A stretch of DNA of 64,000 bases, taken from Eledone cirrhosa. Lineage: Eukaryota. Within the stretch, counting starts at the first letter, position 1. Each line of letters opens with the position of its first letter. The notes beneath the pieces were generated by a model. It worked only from the letters and a program-made list of their open reading frames with translations, had not been told where the DNA came from and ran no database searches. Below are positions 50,332-64,000 of this stretch, in pieces. The stretch covers positions 291,400,001 through 291,464,000 of the forward strand of contig OZ024743.1 in assembly GCA_964016885.1 (NCBI GenBank), in the 5' to 3' direction. The translations under genes were made by a program, and so were the position numbers.

Positions 50332-53319
50332 ATTTGTTTATGGATGTGTGCTTAATGTCGTAAGTTATTATTCATCGTACGCTAGGCACTTTCCCATAAT
50401 CTGTCACTGACTTGGACTGGCCCCGATTTCGCATCATTGTGAACACAATATCTTACGATCACAGCCTATGCCTTAATATTTTACACAAACCATCACGTAA
50501 ACGCAAATACGACAATTACAATCTCATCTAGTCAATATACTTTCCCTATGGCTGTGTCCTCCCATCTGATGGTAATGAATATATAATTCCTAAATCTCGG
50601 TGGTGATGACATTATCTCCACCACAACGTAGCAATGTAAATTCAAACCCGTAATGATTAAAATTCAGGATTTTCTGATAGAAAGCTAACAACTATAGACA
50701 TAATTCGTAGTGTTTGAAACCGCAAAACTCCGATCGTATGAATTATAGAGTATTTCTATTCATCAGTGTACAGCATGAAAGTAAATGCTTTAAAAGCACA
50801 TTTTTTTCTTTGTTTCTATATAAAACTATTCATACATTTTCTTAGAAGTTGCTTCAGATGTCGTGTTTGCGTATAAATCTCTCATTTTTTTTTCTTTTTG
50901 CACAACCACGTTGAATTACGTGAGGTTGTATGTGTGTGTGAATTTATTTGCTCAATATCCATTACAACATCACTACAAAACGGGAATTGAATAAAACCTA
51001 TATACACAAATATACACAAATATACACAAATCTTTGCTAAACTGTCAGTAAAATGACATAGACCACATAGAGTTATGATGACCTGCCAATGTCATTATTT
51101 ATTACCATTTTTGTGGGTTTTTTTCAATTCGTGATTGATGGTGAACAGACTTGACACGTAAATGTTTGTGTCGTGTTACATATTATTATGGAAAAGACCA
51201 GCTTGGACAATTGAACAGTATTTCATTTCACGCATGACATTTCGACTGATATTCCATTACCCACCTGGCCTGGAATATCATATCAGTACGTCATTATACG
51301 CCTCGATTGATAAAATTTCATGGGATTCCATTACACGCTCGGTAGGATTTTTGGTAGTTGATAACATCAAAATGCTGTATTTCCTTTCTTCTAGTTTTTC
51401 TTCTTTCGATAGAAAGAGCTAACAATAATAACATTACTACCAACAATAGCAACACGAATGTATACACTACCACCTCCACAATCCCAACAAGAGCGTTTAG
51501 ACTATTCAGATTATCAAACATTACCGATATGAACAGTGACAAAAATAAATAGAAGTAAACTGATAAAATATGTGAGTCGTTATTTTTCTTTAAATATATG
51601 GAAACACTTTAAAGAAATCAAAATACACAGAGTTTATATATGACTAATGTGTTTACGGGTAATCGATGACATAAATAAATGAAAATAATGTAACAAAAAT
51701 GAAATTCGATGATATGAATGATAGGAAATCTAGCCTAAATACTATATAAAAGAATGAAACAGAAATCAAAAATAATTCTGACAATTTTTAACGTCTAAAT
51801 CAATGCATCTATATGTCAGAATAACATTCACATACATGCCTACCCCATCCTAATGTTCAAATCTATCTCTTTCCACCTCTCCCCCCCCCCTCCGCCTCTC
51901 TCAACATATCTATCTATCTTTTATATATATATATATATATACATAATGAGCAAGGCACAGCGGACCTTTAAATCCAGAGCGCAAATAATATGAATACATC
52001 TATACAGCGAAGCATCCTTTCAGATATTCCTCCGATGAACACGTGAATGCTTCTAAGGTAATACTCTATTGCATTGTCTCAATGTTGGAGAATCAGTCCG
52101 TTTCACACGTTTCTAATCTATCTTGCTTTATTTGTAGGAATATTTCTTACAGGGCCAGCCTGGAAGAGAAGATGAGTTCGTAACATAAAGCGCTATTATG
52201 TAACGAGATGTTTTTTATTGAATTTTACTGCAAGTTCTCTCCCAGTACCCCTCTCACAAACTCAAACAGGTATACACATAGTTAGGTAGACACATAGCTA
52301 TGTAGCTATGTATAGCATCTGATCTCTCACAGTCATCTATTCAAAACTTCGTGCGTGGGAGAGTGGTAGGTAACAAAATATATATTAAATTGTAATTCAG
52401 CTGACACATCCAGCACAAAGTGGTTGTTAGGTGATGACAGGGACTATGCTGCTTTTGTAATATAACGTGGGCGGTAAATCTATTTTACCAAGGATTGTAC
52501 TGACCGAACAAATCTTTTAACTCCAAAACTGAGGATTTGTACATTGTTTTCCCCTGCAAAGTTATATATTGCGTAACTGGAAACGCACACACAAAAATGC
52601 CCGTTTAGCAGACATGTACATGCGAACAATTACACAAAAAATTACACATGTAACAGATTACCAAGCAGGCACACATGCAGACTGTATATACACCACAACA
52701 CTAAGAACCTCGTATTTTTGAGAGTTGGGGTTATAATTATCACGATCATTTTTTTATATAAGGTTTAAGATTTACTTATTTACATTTCACATGAGGTAAA
52801 CATACCAGCCTATACAAACTTTATATAAGAGTAGAAAATGTTCTTTTTTCTTTCTGAAAATGTTCAAGCGGAATTATCTCCCTTGGTTTACGAATGTTTT
52901 CCATATTGTAATGGATATGTTTAAGCTTTTGTAAAAACAAAATGGTAAAACGCATGCACATCGATTGAAATTATATATATGCACGCACTTCACTGCACAT
53001 GTATTGATGTAATGATATGATAATATAATAATTCAAGGATATCTTTAATGGGGTCACTTAGCGCCCTTCGTTTTTGACTGAAATTCTCACAAACTATGAC
53101 CATTTTTCGAAAAGTAATGTTTTTTCTTGAAATGTGAAATTGCTCCAGACGAGATGGGGAAATTTTAGAATGGCCCTTCTATTATAGAATGAGAGTCATA
53201 TGAGGAAAGCAAAACCTAAGTGCATACATATTCATGAAATATATATTAAACTACATAAGCTTTCTTGCACTAGAAAGACCACTGCTTTCCTTGACCTTTT
53301 ATCTACAGATATTCCGCAT

Positions 53320-53470
<151 letters not shown>

Positions 53471-53637
53471 AAGAATTAATATATCTACCGACATATGTAT
53501 ACAGATTCATACCTATGCTAGCACATATATATGTTTTGTCTTAGTAACTTTGTAGTTCTATGCAGGGGAATGCATAACAATTATATGAAAGACGTAAATA
53601 AGAAAGTTATGAAAATTGACTTACTTACTAAAATTTC

Positions 53638-53716
53638 ACTCCAGCTAATTAGTTTCTGTAAGGGGATAAATACAGTTATGTAATACCTGTAGAGAAGCCT
53701 TACGTTATCAGGGAGT
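53638..53716 (-). ncRNA. Hammerhead ribozyme copy with mutated core (CTGATAA)
   Basis: Reverse-complement homologue of 54168-54246. Confidence 0.55.
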
Positions 53717-54167
53717 CTATTCTCAGCTAAGTTACCAGGCAATGCAGAACAATTTTTCTTATTTACGTCTTTCATATAATTGTTCTGCATTCCCCTGCAT
53801 AGAACTACAAAGTTACTAAGACAAAACATATATATGTGCTAGCATAGGTATGTATACATATGTCGGGAGATATATTAATTCTTTATATTCTCTCTAAATT
53901 ATTTGTTGAGCAAAATTTGCCAAATTACTACTGTGACTGATAGTAGTGGCTAGGCTCTGTCTTAATAGCACCCCCACTCCAAGCTGGTTAACCTCAGTGT
54001 CACGCGATTAATTCTTTTGAATTTGCCACTTGACCAAGAAGGAAGTGAATTTTTCAGTGGCTTGGAATCTAGCCCCGCTCGCTGTTTTCGCTTTTTTCCA
54101 TCCACTGAATTATTGTTATATAAGTTTCCAGTGTCCCCGCATTGCCTGGTAACTTAGATGAGATTAG

Positions 54168-54246
54168 ACTCCCTGATGACATAAGGCTTCTCTACAGGTA
54201 TTACATAACTGTATTTATCCCCTTACAGAAACTAATTAGTTGGAGT
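54168..54246 (+). ncRNA. Type-I hammerhead ribozyme with extended stem II
   Basis: ACTCC-CTGATGA-CATAAGG..TACAG..CTGTA..CCTTACA-GAAA-CTAATTAG-TT-GGAGT. Confidence 0.75.
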
Positions 54247-54314
54247 GAAATTTTAGTAAGTAAGTCAATTTTCATAACTTTCTTATTTACGTCTTTCATA
54301 TATATATATATATT

Positions 54315-54530
54315 TAGACAGACAATCGACTTTCCTCAAATCAGGCCGAGGAAGCAATGTCTCAATTGGTCTTGCCAATTGCTAATACTACCGGTTGCCA
54401 ATCCAGGTAGAAGGAGCAACGTGAAATAAAGTGTCTTGCCCAAGGACATGACACATCGTCCGTTCTCGTATTCGAATCCACAACCTCACGATTGCAAATC
54501 CAATTCTCTAACCACTCGACCACGCGCTTT
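54315..54530 (-). mobile_element. tRNA-derived SINE, family B (CORE-like)
   Basis: AAGTGTCTTGCCCAAGGACA core motif. B-box-like GATTCGAAT on minus. Homologue at 60100-60285. Confidence 0.75.
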
Positions 54531-54606
54531 CATGATATATATATATATATATAAATATATGTGTGTGTGTCTGTGTGTGTGCATATATATATGTGTGTGT
54601 GCGTGC

Positions 54607-54660
<54 letters not shown>

Positions 54661-54664
<4 letters not shown>

Positions 54665-54958
54665 TCACGTGATTGATTCTTTAGAATACACCACTGACCA
54701 GAGGCAGTGAACTTTGTCAGTGCTATGGAATTTAGTCCCCGCTAGCTTATTACATCCACTGAATTATTATTTTTATATAGGTTCCTAGTGTCCGCGCGTT
54801 GCCTGGGAACTTAGCTGAGAATAGACTCCCTGATGACGTAATGAATTCTCGATAGTTACATTGTGTAACTATATTTATCCCATTGCAGAAACTAATTAGT
54901 TGGAGTGAAAATTTGAGTAAGTTAATTTTTAATTTTTTAAATTTTCTTATTTTACGTC

Positions 54959-54965
<7 letters not shown>
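54661..54965 (+). mobile_element. Diverged second copy of the 524-bp element 3' half, with HHR at 54825-54906
   Basis: Aligns to 53996-54302; ACTCC-CTGATGA-CGTAATG..ATAGTTACA(TTG)TGTAACTAT..CATTGCA-GAAA-CTAATTAG-TT-GGAGT. Confidence 0.8.
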
Positions 54966-55011
<46 letters not shown>

Positions 55012-56247
55012 AAGAGAGAGGGAGAGAGAGAGAGAGAGAAAGAGGTAAAACACTTGAAAGCACTCAGTCAATGGGACGAGTTTGGGAGACGTAGTAACAC
55101 AACAGTTAGTTCACCATACCGAGAATAATTGTTCTTGGTATGGTGTATTAACTGTTGTGTTACTACATCTATATATATATATATATGTATGAGTGTGTGT
55201 GCGTATACACGTATATAAATATACATTAATATATATATATATATATATATTGATAGATTGATAGACAGAGAGATAGATGTAGATATATATGATATATATC
55301 AAATGCATATGCCCACGAATATCCCTATATTCATTCATACATATTCCTGACAATCGATACACAGACACCCAATATAGAGACAAGAGTCTGTTGATTGCAT
55401 ATATGCATCTTTGAAAAATAGTCCGATAAACAAACATACAATGATTGTCTCATAAATAAACTGTATATTACATGTGAATTATGACGTGCTGCAATGAATT
55501 TAGCACACGCTGCATTACATAAATGACGGATAAACTTTTTATAGGCTAGGATGTATAACCTGCGGCATGACAACCAAACTATCATGTATTTTTCAACATC
55601 AAGAGCAGTCACATACGTGAATTTGCGGCGGTATATTTCTTAGAAATTCAGACACCTCTGCGCCTCTGTAAACTTCCCGGTCTATTTATTATTACTTTAA
55701 TTATTTATTCAAACATCTTTTTCTATAAATAAATAACTCGGCCTCGTGAGGAAACTCTAATAATTAGTTTTAGTGAATTTAAATATTCTCCTAATGCCTC
55801 TGAATATTTCATTTATTTTACATTCTCTCACACTTACATCAGTCTTATTCTCAAATTCCCTATGCTTCTGATTTCTACTTACAATATATTCTGATATCTA
55901 TGAAATTTCCTTCAACTTAAGCACACTTTTCAAAATTCATTTATATAAATCAACGTACGTCAGTCTTATTCACAAATTCCCCATGTTTCTCAATGGACAG
56001 CAAAGCTACAAATGACTTTTACATTTCAGACACATTACAAAGTGAAGAAAAGAAAAATAAATAGCAGACATCTTTCTTTAATTACCATAGTTGACCCGAC
56101 ACTCGAAAATATTTTTTTTATGTTTGCAAACATTTTATTAGTTTACGTCCCGTGATCGGAATATTGCACAGAGCAATAACACTAGAACCAACCATCTGTA
56201 CATAAAATTGCATCGATTCTTCCAAATATAGAAATTTATTATCGCCA

Positions 56248-56249
<2 letters not shown>

Positions 56250-56297
<48 letters not shown>

Positions 56298-56299
56298 GT

Positions 56300-56351
<52 letters not shown>

Positions 56352-56544
56352 CACAGATCATAGACAGCAATTTTTGCTAACATCATCATCAAAAACTATA
56401 TTTGTTTAATTTATTATTTTCAGTTTCGTCATCATTACTAGCATCATCATGACCATCAAGAAGATTGCTAACATATCGATTCTTGTTGGAATGATCGAAA
56501 ATAATATAAAACTCAGAAAAGTAGAAAATTGAAATAACAATAAA

Positions 56545-56576
<32 letters not shown>

Positions 56577-56800
56577 TAATAATAATGATGATGATGATGA
56601 TGATGATGGTGAGAAGGGCGACGACGATGAGTAAAGGATGATGATGGTGATAGATGATGATGATAGACGATGATGATGATGGTGATGGTGATGATGATGA
56701 TTATGATGATGGTGATACATGATCATGATGATCATGATGATTACGACGATGCTGATGTTAATAATCATGATGACCATTGTGATGTTGATGATGAAGATAG
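56250..56800. repeat. (TAT)n, (TAG)n, (AAT)n and (GAT)n trinucleotide microsatellites
   Basis: Direct reading. Confidence 0.93.
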
Positions 56801-58231
56801 TATTATTAAAAAGAATTATTGCGAAAAATAATTCCAAAATAGAATGGGCAATTACATTTCCTATAGTTATTATTATTTTTTTTTTTTTCATGTGAAGGTG
56901 TTGATGACATTGCAGCAGTTTTATGTATGCTTTTATGTATGATTTTATTGCAAGAATGACCATCAATTCCAGTTCGAATGATTGCGAAGATAACTACAAA
57001 TTGTAATATATATAGTAATAACACGATATTGCTCCTTACACATTGTTTATTCTTTCAGTTCATCTTGTTTCCAACAGTATGGTTGAAGTTTTTCTTGTTA
57101 TTCGTAGGATTCTTATCTCTTTTTTTCTTTTCCTATTGTCCATGATTTCAATATTATTCTTATTAATTTAGATTTGTGTCTATTGTTATTTTTAATATTA
57201 CTATTACGAGGGTAATTGATAACCAATATATGTGTGTATTCTTTTTAGTGTTCTTCATTTTAGAATATATTTTTACGTGTTTTGTTTTTTTTCCTCCTTG
57301 GTTGCCTCTATCAACATTAAACTACAGAAATGTTATACTTATTGGCAACATTTCTAAAACACAAACCCATCACCAGCATACACACAAACGCACGCACCCA
57401 CACACACGCACACACATATATATATAATGTGTGTGTGTGTGTGTGTGTGTGTCTATATACATATGTATAGGTATATGTACATATAAATGTATATATTTAT
57501 ATATACATATATATATGTATATATATATACACACACACACATACACACATATGTATATATATATTGAGATAGTGGGCAGCCAGTAATATCGGGTCTAATT
57601 GTCTGTTTATAACCATTCGAGTTTTTTTTTTGTATTGATTTCACTCTAGCGCTGTTGCTTCATTTATTTCCGCATTCTTACTGTCCGCTTTTTGTTTAAA
57701 ATTGCGGTGCATTATGTAAGCAATTTCAAAATTCTCTCAGCTTTTTCAGAGTTCGAAAAGGTTTACATTGTTAAAAAAACTACCCTTTATGTCGATGAAA
57801 AACAAAAATAATCTATGTAACGTGACATCGTGATAATCACCCGTATCAATTGAAACTACTTTGGATAGATATAAATTATTGCTTTTAGATAAAAACAAAT
57901 TATGTGTTGGTAGCTCAGAGTACTGTAATTACTAATTTCAATCATTAAAATATATACAAAATACCCCTCAACAGCAATATTGTTGTAGATATCAAATATG
58001 ATATATGAACTCTATCAAATATGAAGTATGAACATACCTGACATTTCAGCCATAGTGCCTGTTTCAATAGTGTTATTGTGATAGTATACCAGGGAGGGCG
58101 ATATACGCTACACGTTCATTTTAACAATGGCCGTGAAAAGTTGGATTTGAATTTGTTTAATTAGAGTATTTTCTGACACAAACTACAATACTCAACGTTG
58201 ATCTTGCACATGATAACCATTAATATATAAT

Positions 58232-58780
58232 TAATTTCAAATGGTCGTCTTCTGGAACGCTCCGCAAAAAAGTGCGCTTCCCTCTGTCAACACTGTCCAT
58301 CATAATTGTCCGCCGTTCATGTGTACTGCTCAGTCCTGTGTTTCTCAGTAAAATGTCGATGTTAGTGACGTGCTGCCTCACTCTATGTGCTCTTCCTTCT
58401 GTTTGCTTCCAGATCGCCAGATTGTTCATGATTTCCTCGTCAGGGCGTATGCAATGTCCAGCGAGCCCTATTCTACGATGCGATTTGTCATAAGAAACCA
58501 TCCTGCCATAACGTATGTGTTAAAATATGCAGCAAATTTGTGCAGCATTCATCACGTTTTTCCTTCAGTTCTTTAGTGATTATCCAACTTTGTGATCCCT
58601 ATAAAAAGACTACTTCAACTGTTGCGGTGAATAATCTTATTTTGATTTTCCTTCACAGACGTAAGTTAAATATTTTCGTAATATTGTTGCAAAACTCCAT
58701 ACTAGTGCATTTCTGATGTCAATGTGCTTTTCTGATGTCAATGTGCTTTTCTGAGCTCTGTGTACAACATCCTATGTATT
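58232..58780 (-). mobile_element. Degenerate RTE-type LINE 3' fragment (second family)
   Basis: HRRIGLAGHCIRPDEEIMNNLAIWKQTEGRAHRVRQHVTNIDILLRNTG (58220-58501). Confidence 0.75.
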
Positions 58781-59914
58781 TAGCATATACATGGAGACAA
58801 CATATCGCTGAAAATCTGCATCTTAAATGTTTGTCTACGCGGTTTTATATTCACTCAGAAAACTATCCAAATATTATAATGTCAAGAGAGAAACCCAGTG
58901 TATAGACAGTACATACGATGGCAGTTAATTTCATACTAAAGTGTTATATAACCCACTCCCGGATCAGATTTACACTTTTACAAATAGGTTTAACAAATTC
59001 ATAATGTTCATGACACTTTTAAAATTGTGAACGGCGCCTTCTTTCGAAAATTCATAATTAATTTCGTAGCATAGACCTTCGGCATTTTACATAACTGGTG
59101 AACCAAATGTTATTGACGAGGACTAGATCTAAATTACAAAGTAGCAATTGAACAATTATAGAGACGGAACAGTGTGTGTCTCTGCGGTTCATGGGCGGTT
59201 GTCTGAATTCCTTCACTTATTCGTGTGGTGCATTCTGATTGTGCATGCCGCAACAATACACTCCAGATACCCCCCCCCCCCCAAATAAAAAACAATATCA
59301 ACAACATACATTTCTGACAAATATTCCCAAACTATCCTTATTCTTCTCTTTACTGTCACCCCATTCTTATCAAAAGACATGTATCTTACACCTCATTAAC
59401 ACTCCACCACCACCACCACCACCACCACCACGACCAGGCACGCACCTAGATTCATCTAGATATAGAAAATTGTTGAAGATATTCTTAATAAATTTAAGAA
59501 AGTTAATTCAACTATAAGAAACGAATTTGAAAAGCATCCTGCCATTATATTCATCAAAGGCCATCTATTGATATTGGAACCAGCAGAGGGGGGGGGGGGC
59601 TATTACAGTCCCCTTCTTAGACACTCTTATCTTTCTCTCAACCTTCACGATTTTCAGTGTGTATGTGTGTGTGTGCTTTAATTCCTTTAAATCTTCATCA
59701 ACACTCCTTCACTTCCACATTCATTATCACCACACCCAGCCGCCCACTAAACACATCCAAATCTCTCTTATATATAGAACACAACCTTATTTCAGTTTGA
59801 CAATCGCCACCGATGGATGCAAGAAATTTCTCAAAGAAAGTTAACCAGATATCATTAAATTCTTCCCACCCATATTAACAAAGAACTTAATAGATCTACC
59901 AACTCATATTATTA

Positions 59915-60010
59915 TGCCTTTCTTCTTTACGGGGTCGATAAAATAAAGTACCAGTAATGTACTGGTTATTATGTGCTGGCCTTGTGCCAAAAGTAGAAAC
60001 AATTATTATA
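59915..60010 (+). mobile_element. Family-A SINE 3' fragment
   Basis: GCCTTTCTTCTTTACGGGGTCGATAAAATAAAGTACCAGTAATGTACTGG..GTGCCAAAAGTAGAAAC, near-identical to 32507-32596. Confidence 0.8.
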
Positions 60011-60099
60011 ATATTATAAAATTAAATCAAATTATTTAGTACGACAAGTGAAGTCATTATATTCCTTTTTTTTCAAATATATATATATATATATAAAGG

Positions 60100-60285
60100 A
60101 ACGATAGACTTTCGTCAAATCGAACCGAGGAAACAATGTTTCTGTTGGTCTTTCCAATTGCTAATACTATCCCATCTGTAGCAACTCCAGATAGAAGGAG
60201 CAACGGGAAATAAAGTGTCTTGCTCAAGGACATAACGCATCGCCCGGTCCAGGAATCGAACTTACAACCTCACGATTGCGAATCC
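60100..60285 (-). mobile_element. Family-B SINE
   Basis: Homologous to 54315-54500; AAGTGTCTTGCTCAAGGACA, GGAATCGAAC. Confidence 0.75.
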
Positions 60286-60480
60286 ATATATATATATATA
60301 GTTGTTATATAGTAAGGTGTATTATTGGTTGTGTCAAACGGTCCAATAAATGTTTGTTAGCAATATTAAGTTCTCCACGCTTTTGTATATCTCCAATTCC
60401 ATTTATGGGAACAGCTATATGTTGTAAAACGGAGAATTTGTATCAAAATAAAGATCCGAAGACATGGTATAAATTTCCAA

Positions 60481-60569
60481 TCATTTTAATCACGACACAT
60501 GTTTCAATAAGAGATAGATTGATCGTGTAGCCTTGATCGATTATCAATGACCTCGTCAGGTGAAAATGA
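60481..60569 (-). ncRNA. Type-I hammerhead ribozyme candidate, probably in the 3' terminal repeat of the 61.9-63.8 kb PLE
   Basis: Minus: TCATTTTCAC-CTGACGA-GGTCATTGAT..ATCAA..ATT-GAAA-CATGTG-TC-GTGATTAAAATGA. Confidence 0.65.
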
Positions 60570-61475
60570 ATTGTCTTCAAATCCTTGATATGGGGCAGAA
60601 AATTAACGATGTTCCCTCACAGAGTTTAGTCTTCATATGAAGATCAAGCAGTCAAAACACGGCGACTGCTATGGTCTTCAGTTAGGGTCATAAAACTATC
60701 AAGTCTATATCTCCCAATAGCTGTAAAAGGCGCTGGACATCAATCAAATCTGTAGAGTTACAATCGGTCACAGTTAATGTTTGTGGGTACACACACACTC
60801 ACATAAACCGACGCGACGTCAAAGAAAAAATATATAAATATACAAACATAGTATTCACCGAAAGTTAGTTTACAAAACAACAAATGTTATATTGGTCAAA
60901 TCTCAATTTGCGATGTAAATTGGAAAAATTGGGTCAACCGCAACCCGATACACACGCAAGTAAGTTCAGTTCAATGTTCTGCTATACATGTATAGATTGA
61001 ATTGTAACATCCGTATCTCCAAATAGTGTATGTTATGGTATATACACATCCGTATCGTCCAAAAAAGTGTACGTTTAGGTATATAAACATCCATGTGAAG
61101 AGCAAGTAGTCAGCTCATATCGCACTCAGTATGTGCCGTTGTCCCATTGAGAATCTGAAGTAAAATAAAAAGTAAAATAAAATAACAAAGAATATCAAAA
61201 CCCAGAGGATGTGTGTAGGCCCATTAATGGTGTGTAAGTATTATTGTCCAATCTGTAACCGTGAGCACTCCATGGTTAGATGATCACGGATCAAAACCTA
61301 GTATAGTGTTCAATCGATAGGAACGTGACCAGTCATAACTGTGGAACTCAGTGTCTAAAGAAACCGGGTACTATGTGTATAATTATGTATTGAGAGCGTA
61401 ATAGGTCTTAACGGAGTGTGTAATACGTGTAGCTATATTCTAACCGAGATAACTCAATGGTTAGGGTATCCTAAA

Positions 61476-61663
61476 ATAATTATTTCTACTTTAGGCACAA
61501 GGCCAGCAAATTACCCAGTGCATTACTGGTACTTTCTTTTATCGACCCCTTAAGGATGAAATGCAAAGTCAACCTCGGCGGGATTTGAACTCAGATCGTA
61601 AAGGGACGTAACTATGCTGGAAAGCATGGCGTCCGATCCTCTACCGATACTGCCAATCCACCA
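61476..61663 (-). mobile_element. Family-A SINE
   Basis: Near-identical to 5928-6114; B-box reads GGGATTTGAACTCAG on plus. Confidence 0.85.
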
Positions 61664-61879
61664 TGGTGAATGCGCGTAATCCGTCTTACCTGAGTGTGTA
61701 ATAATTCTAACTATTTACTAACAAGGTAATTGAATGTGCACTCAACTGTGAGAACTCTGTGGAAACAGGCCGAGTACCGTTTGTAAGTGCGCAAACTATC
61801 TTAGCTATCAAACTAACTGAGTGTGTGATTGTCTGTTTTTTGCTAATTGAGAGAACTCTATGGCTAAGTTAGAGAGGGA

Positions 61880-63780
61880 GGAGTTAGTGTTAGGTTACTT
61901 TCCAAAACTCATGCAGAAGGTTTTCGAGGTTCTATGCTGGCAGTTGCTGGAAAGTCCGCTCTCCTATTTATTAATAGGGCGCCGCCTCTAATAATATTAA
62001 AGGTTTCAGCCATACATAAATTACAGACGCCAGTGCTGCCGTTATATAGCTGGACTGAGAACATTATGAACCAGGATAAGGAGTGCTTTATATTCTGTTG
62101 TTTAAGCTTCCAGATCAATTCAGAAAGCGCCGTCCTATTTTTTTAACTAATCTATTAAATGTATGGCGGTGATTATAGCATCTATCCTTAAATTCAGTGG
62201 CAGTTGCCCCAACAGACCTGAAGGTTCTATCTAAAGTGGAGACCTTACATTCGTTGACTATGTTTTTGGTGAGGCATTTCCCAGCCATGGGGCAAGTGGC
62301 GGTGTTCCTGCAATTACATTTTATTTTATCGACCTGGGTAGTACCAGAGGAACCATGGTACATCTGGGGTAGGGTCTAAGTTCATGTCTGCTCTATGGGT
62401 AAGTTCCCAGGGGTTGGGGTGACCCGATTCACCTCACGTGTATGAGTCCGTTCATCCATAGTGCTGCCGTTAGTTCTGCCATGTCTCATCCCCCTTTGGG
62501 CTGTTCTCAGTCTACTATAATTCATCTTAGCTATATTCAGAGCTATGTTACTGGTTGTGGAGTACGACAGATTGAAGGTATTCCTATTGAATATTTTATA
62601 GTATCTGTGTGATCTAGGGAAGCATTTGTCTAAGGCCCCTAAGAAAAGCTTAGCTATACTAGTGGTCAGGCCAGTGGAATAAGGGGAGTTATACCACAGG
62701 ATTTTTTCTGGTCCGATGCCTCTTGTTCTTACTATCTATACTAGAGTTACCTGTCTCCTTAGTTGCTACTGGTCTATTATAACTGAAAACTGCCTGTGGG
62801 TCGATGGTGTCCAGGGGTGTCCCGATTGGGTTCGGAATAGTCCCAAGTCTCCGGGGCGGTGTACTATTGCAGCTATTGGGATTACTCTCGATGACCGGGG
62901 TTATATCTACTATGCGCCCGCTACATTTTTCCCTATTCCCTCTACACGGCCCTCGTCCATTTTACGTTCAACAATTCTTTTATCAGTTCTACAATTAAGG
63001 TTACAATTAGAGTTTCCGTTGGCAGTACGGTGCTCAGACGCCGTGTTCGTACCTGGGTGATTGTTTCCATTGGTACCATCCACATTGGGACTAGGAGGCA
63101 ATACAACATTAAGTCCATATTGATCCTCCCTCGCATCCCGCCTGCTGTTAACTAAAGTGTCATTTTTTGGGCCTAAGCTATCGCAGGCAGTGTTGCTACT
63201 ACTATTTAATGGACGTTTGAATGAAATTCCCTCACTATTCCCCGCTCGTTCTAGGACGCTATTATAGTAATTCAAGATCCTATCAAGGTTATCATCATTC
63301 GAAGATAGTCTTGAAATTCTACTAGAGAGGCTTTTGGTAATACCGTTAGTGGCTATTCTAGGGAGGTTCGATTTAACGTTGCCATAATTTAAATTCTCGT
63401 TGGGTTTGTGGTAGGGTTGGAAGAGTCCTGAGTTGAGGTTAAGTGTAACATCTAGAAAATTAACTATCTTCAGGTTTTCTTCAAACACTATACTTAGGTC
63501 TATGTTGTTGAAGAATTTGATGAGTATTTTCCTCACCCTCTCCACCATACTATTATTATGGAACGACACAGTAAACAAAACGTCGTCACGGTAAGCGCCA
63601 CCTCCCAAGTGGGGCATTTCCACACCGAGACATTCGAGGAGGTAAAGGCCCACCAGATCCGTCACCTGGGCCGAGTCAGTGGATCCCATGGTGATCTCGA
63701 AAATGTCCGGCCAATCTTTCCCAATCTTTCTTATATATACACACAAGTTGTCCCCAAACAATGTATACCGACTTCAACAG
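61880..63780 (-). mobile_element. 5'-truncated Naiad-type PLE (RT plus GIY-YIG), degenerate
   Basis: FEITMGSTDSAQVTDLVGLYLL, AYRDDVLF, VNFLDVTLNL..FQPYHKPN (62910-63761). KCNCRNTATCPMAGKCL..VGATATEFKDRCYNH..CNLCMAE (61909-62363). Confidence 0.88.
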
Positions 63781-63839
63781 CATTCTAATAAATGTAGCCT
63801 ATACAGGTAATCATATTGTGTATACATTTTTAGGACACC

Positions 63840-63901
<62 letters not shown>

Positions 63902-64000
63902 CGAAGGAAATGGGGTAAGGAACCAGGTGGACCATAACGCACCAAAGTACTCAATACTTAGGGTAGTAGAGTCGGTAATAGGAACCTGGTTCCTTACCAC

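Noticed and set aside
56118-57024. Poly-T/N/H/S ORFs
   Set aside because: Trinucleotide microsatellite translations
63800-63843. Tc1/mariner-like TIR end (GGACACCCTG-TA)
   Set aside because: Only a short single end; no partner TIR or transposase visible

Overview
AT-rich, microsatellite-dense eukaryotic DNA with no host gene I can support. The SINE families and repeat landscape look like an octopus or other cephalopod genome (inference). The window is almost all mobile DNA: a near full-length Tx1/L1-type LINE (1-~5456, minus), RTE LINE fragments, two tRNA-derived SINE families, two head-to-head non-autonomous Helitrons, and many Penelope-like element (PLE) insertions. One PLE forms a ~2.4-kb-arm inverted duplication, and two are Naiad-type. 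The most striking unannotated signal is a dense set of type-I hammerhead ribozyme (HHR) motifs: about 15 copies of at least 8 distinct sequence families, one with apparent covariation. Several lie in ORF-less units of 510-670 bp. Two of these units are terminally redundant monomers with an inverted copy, and one is a 12.4-copy tandem array with a 5-mer higher-order repeat and a degenerate HHR. This suggests a family of retrozyme-like, PLE-mobilised non-coding elements. All folds were read by eye and none is computationally validated.
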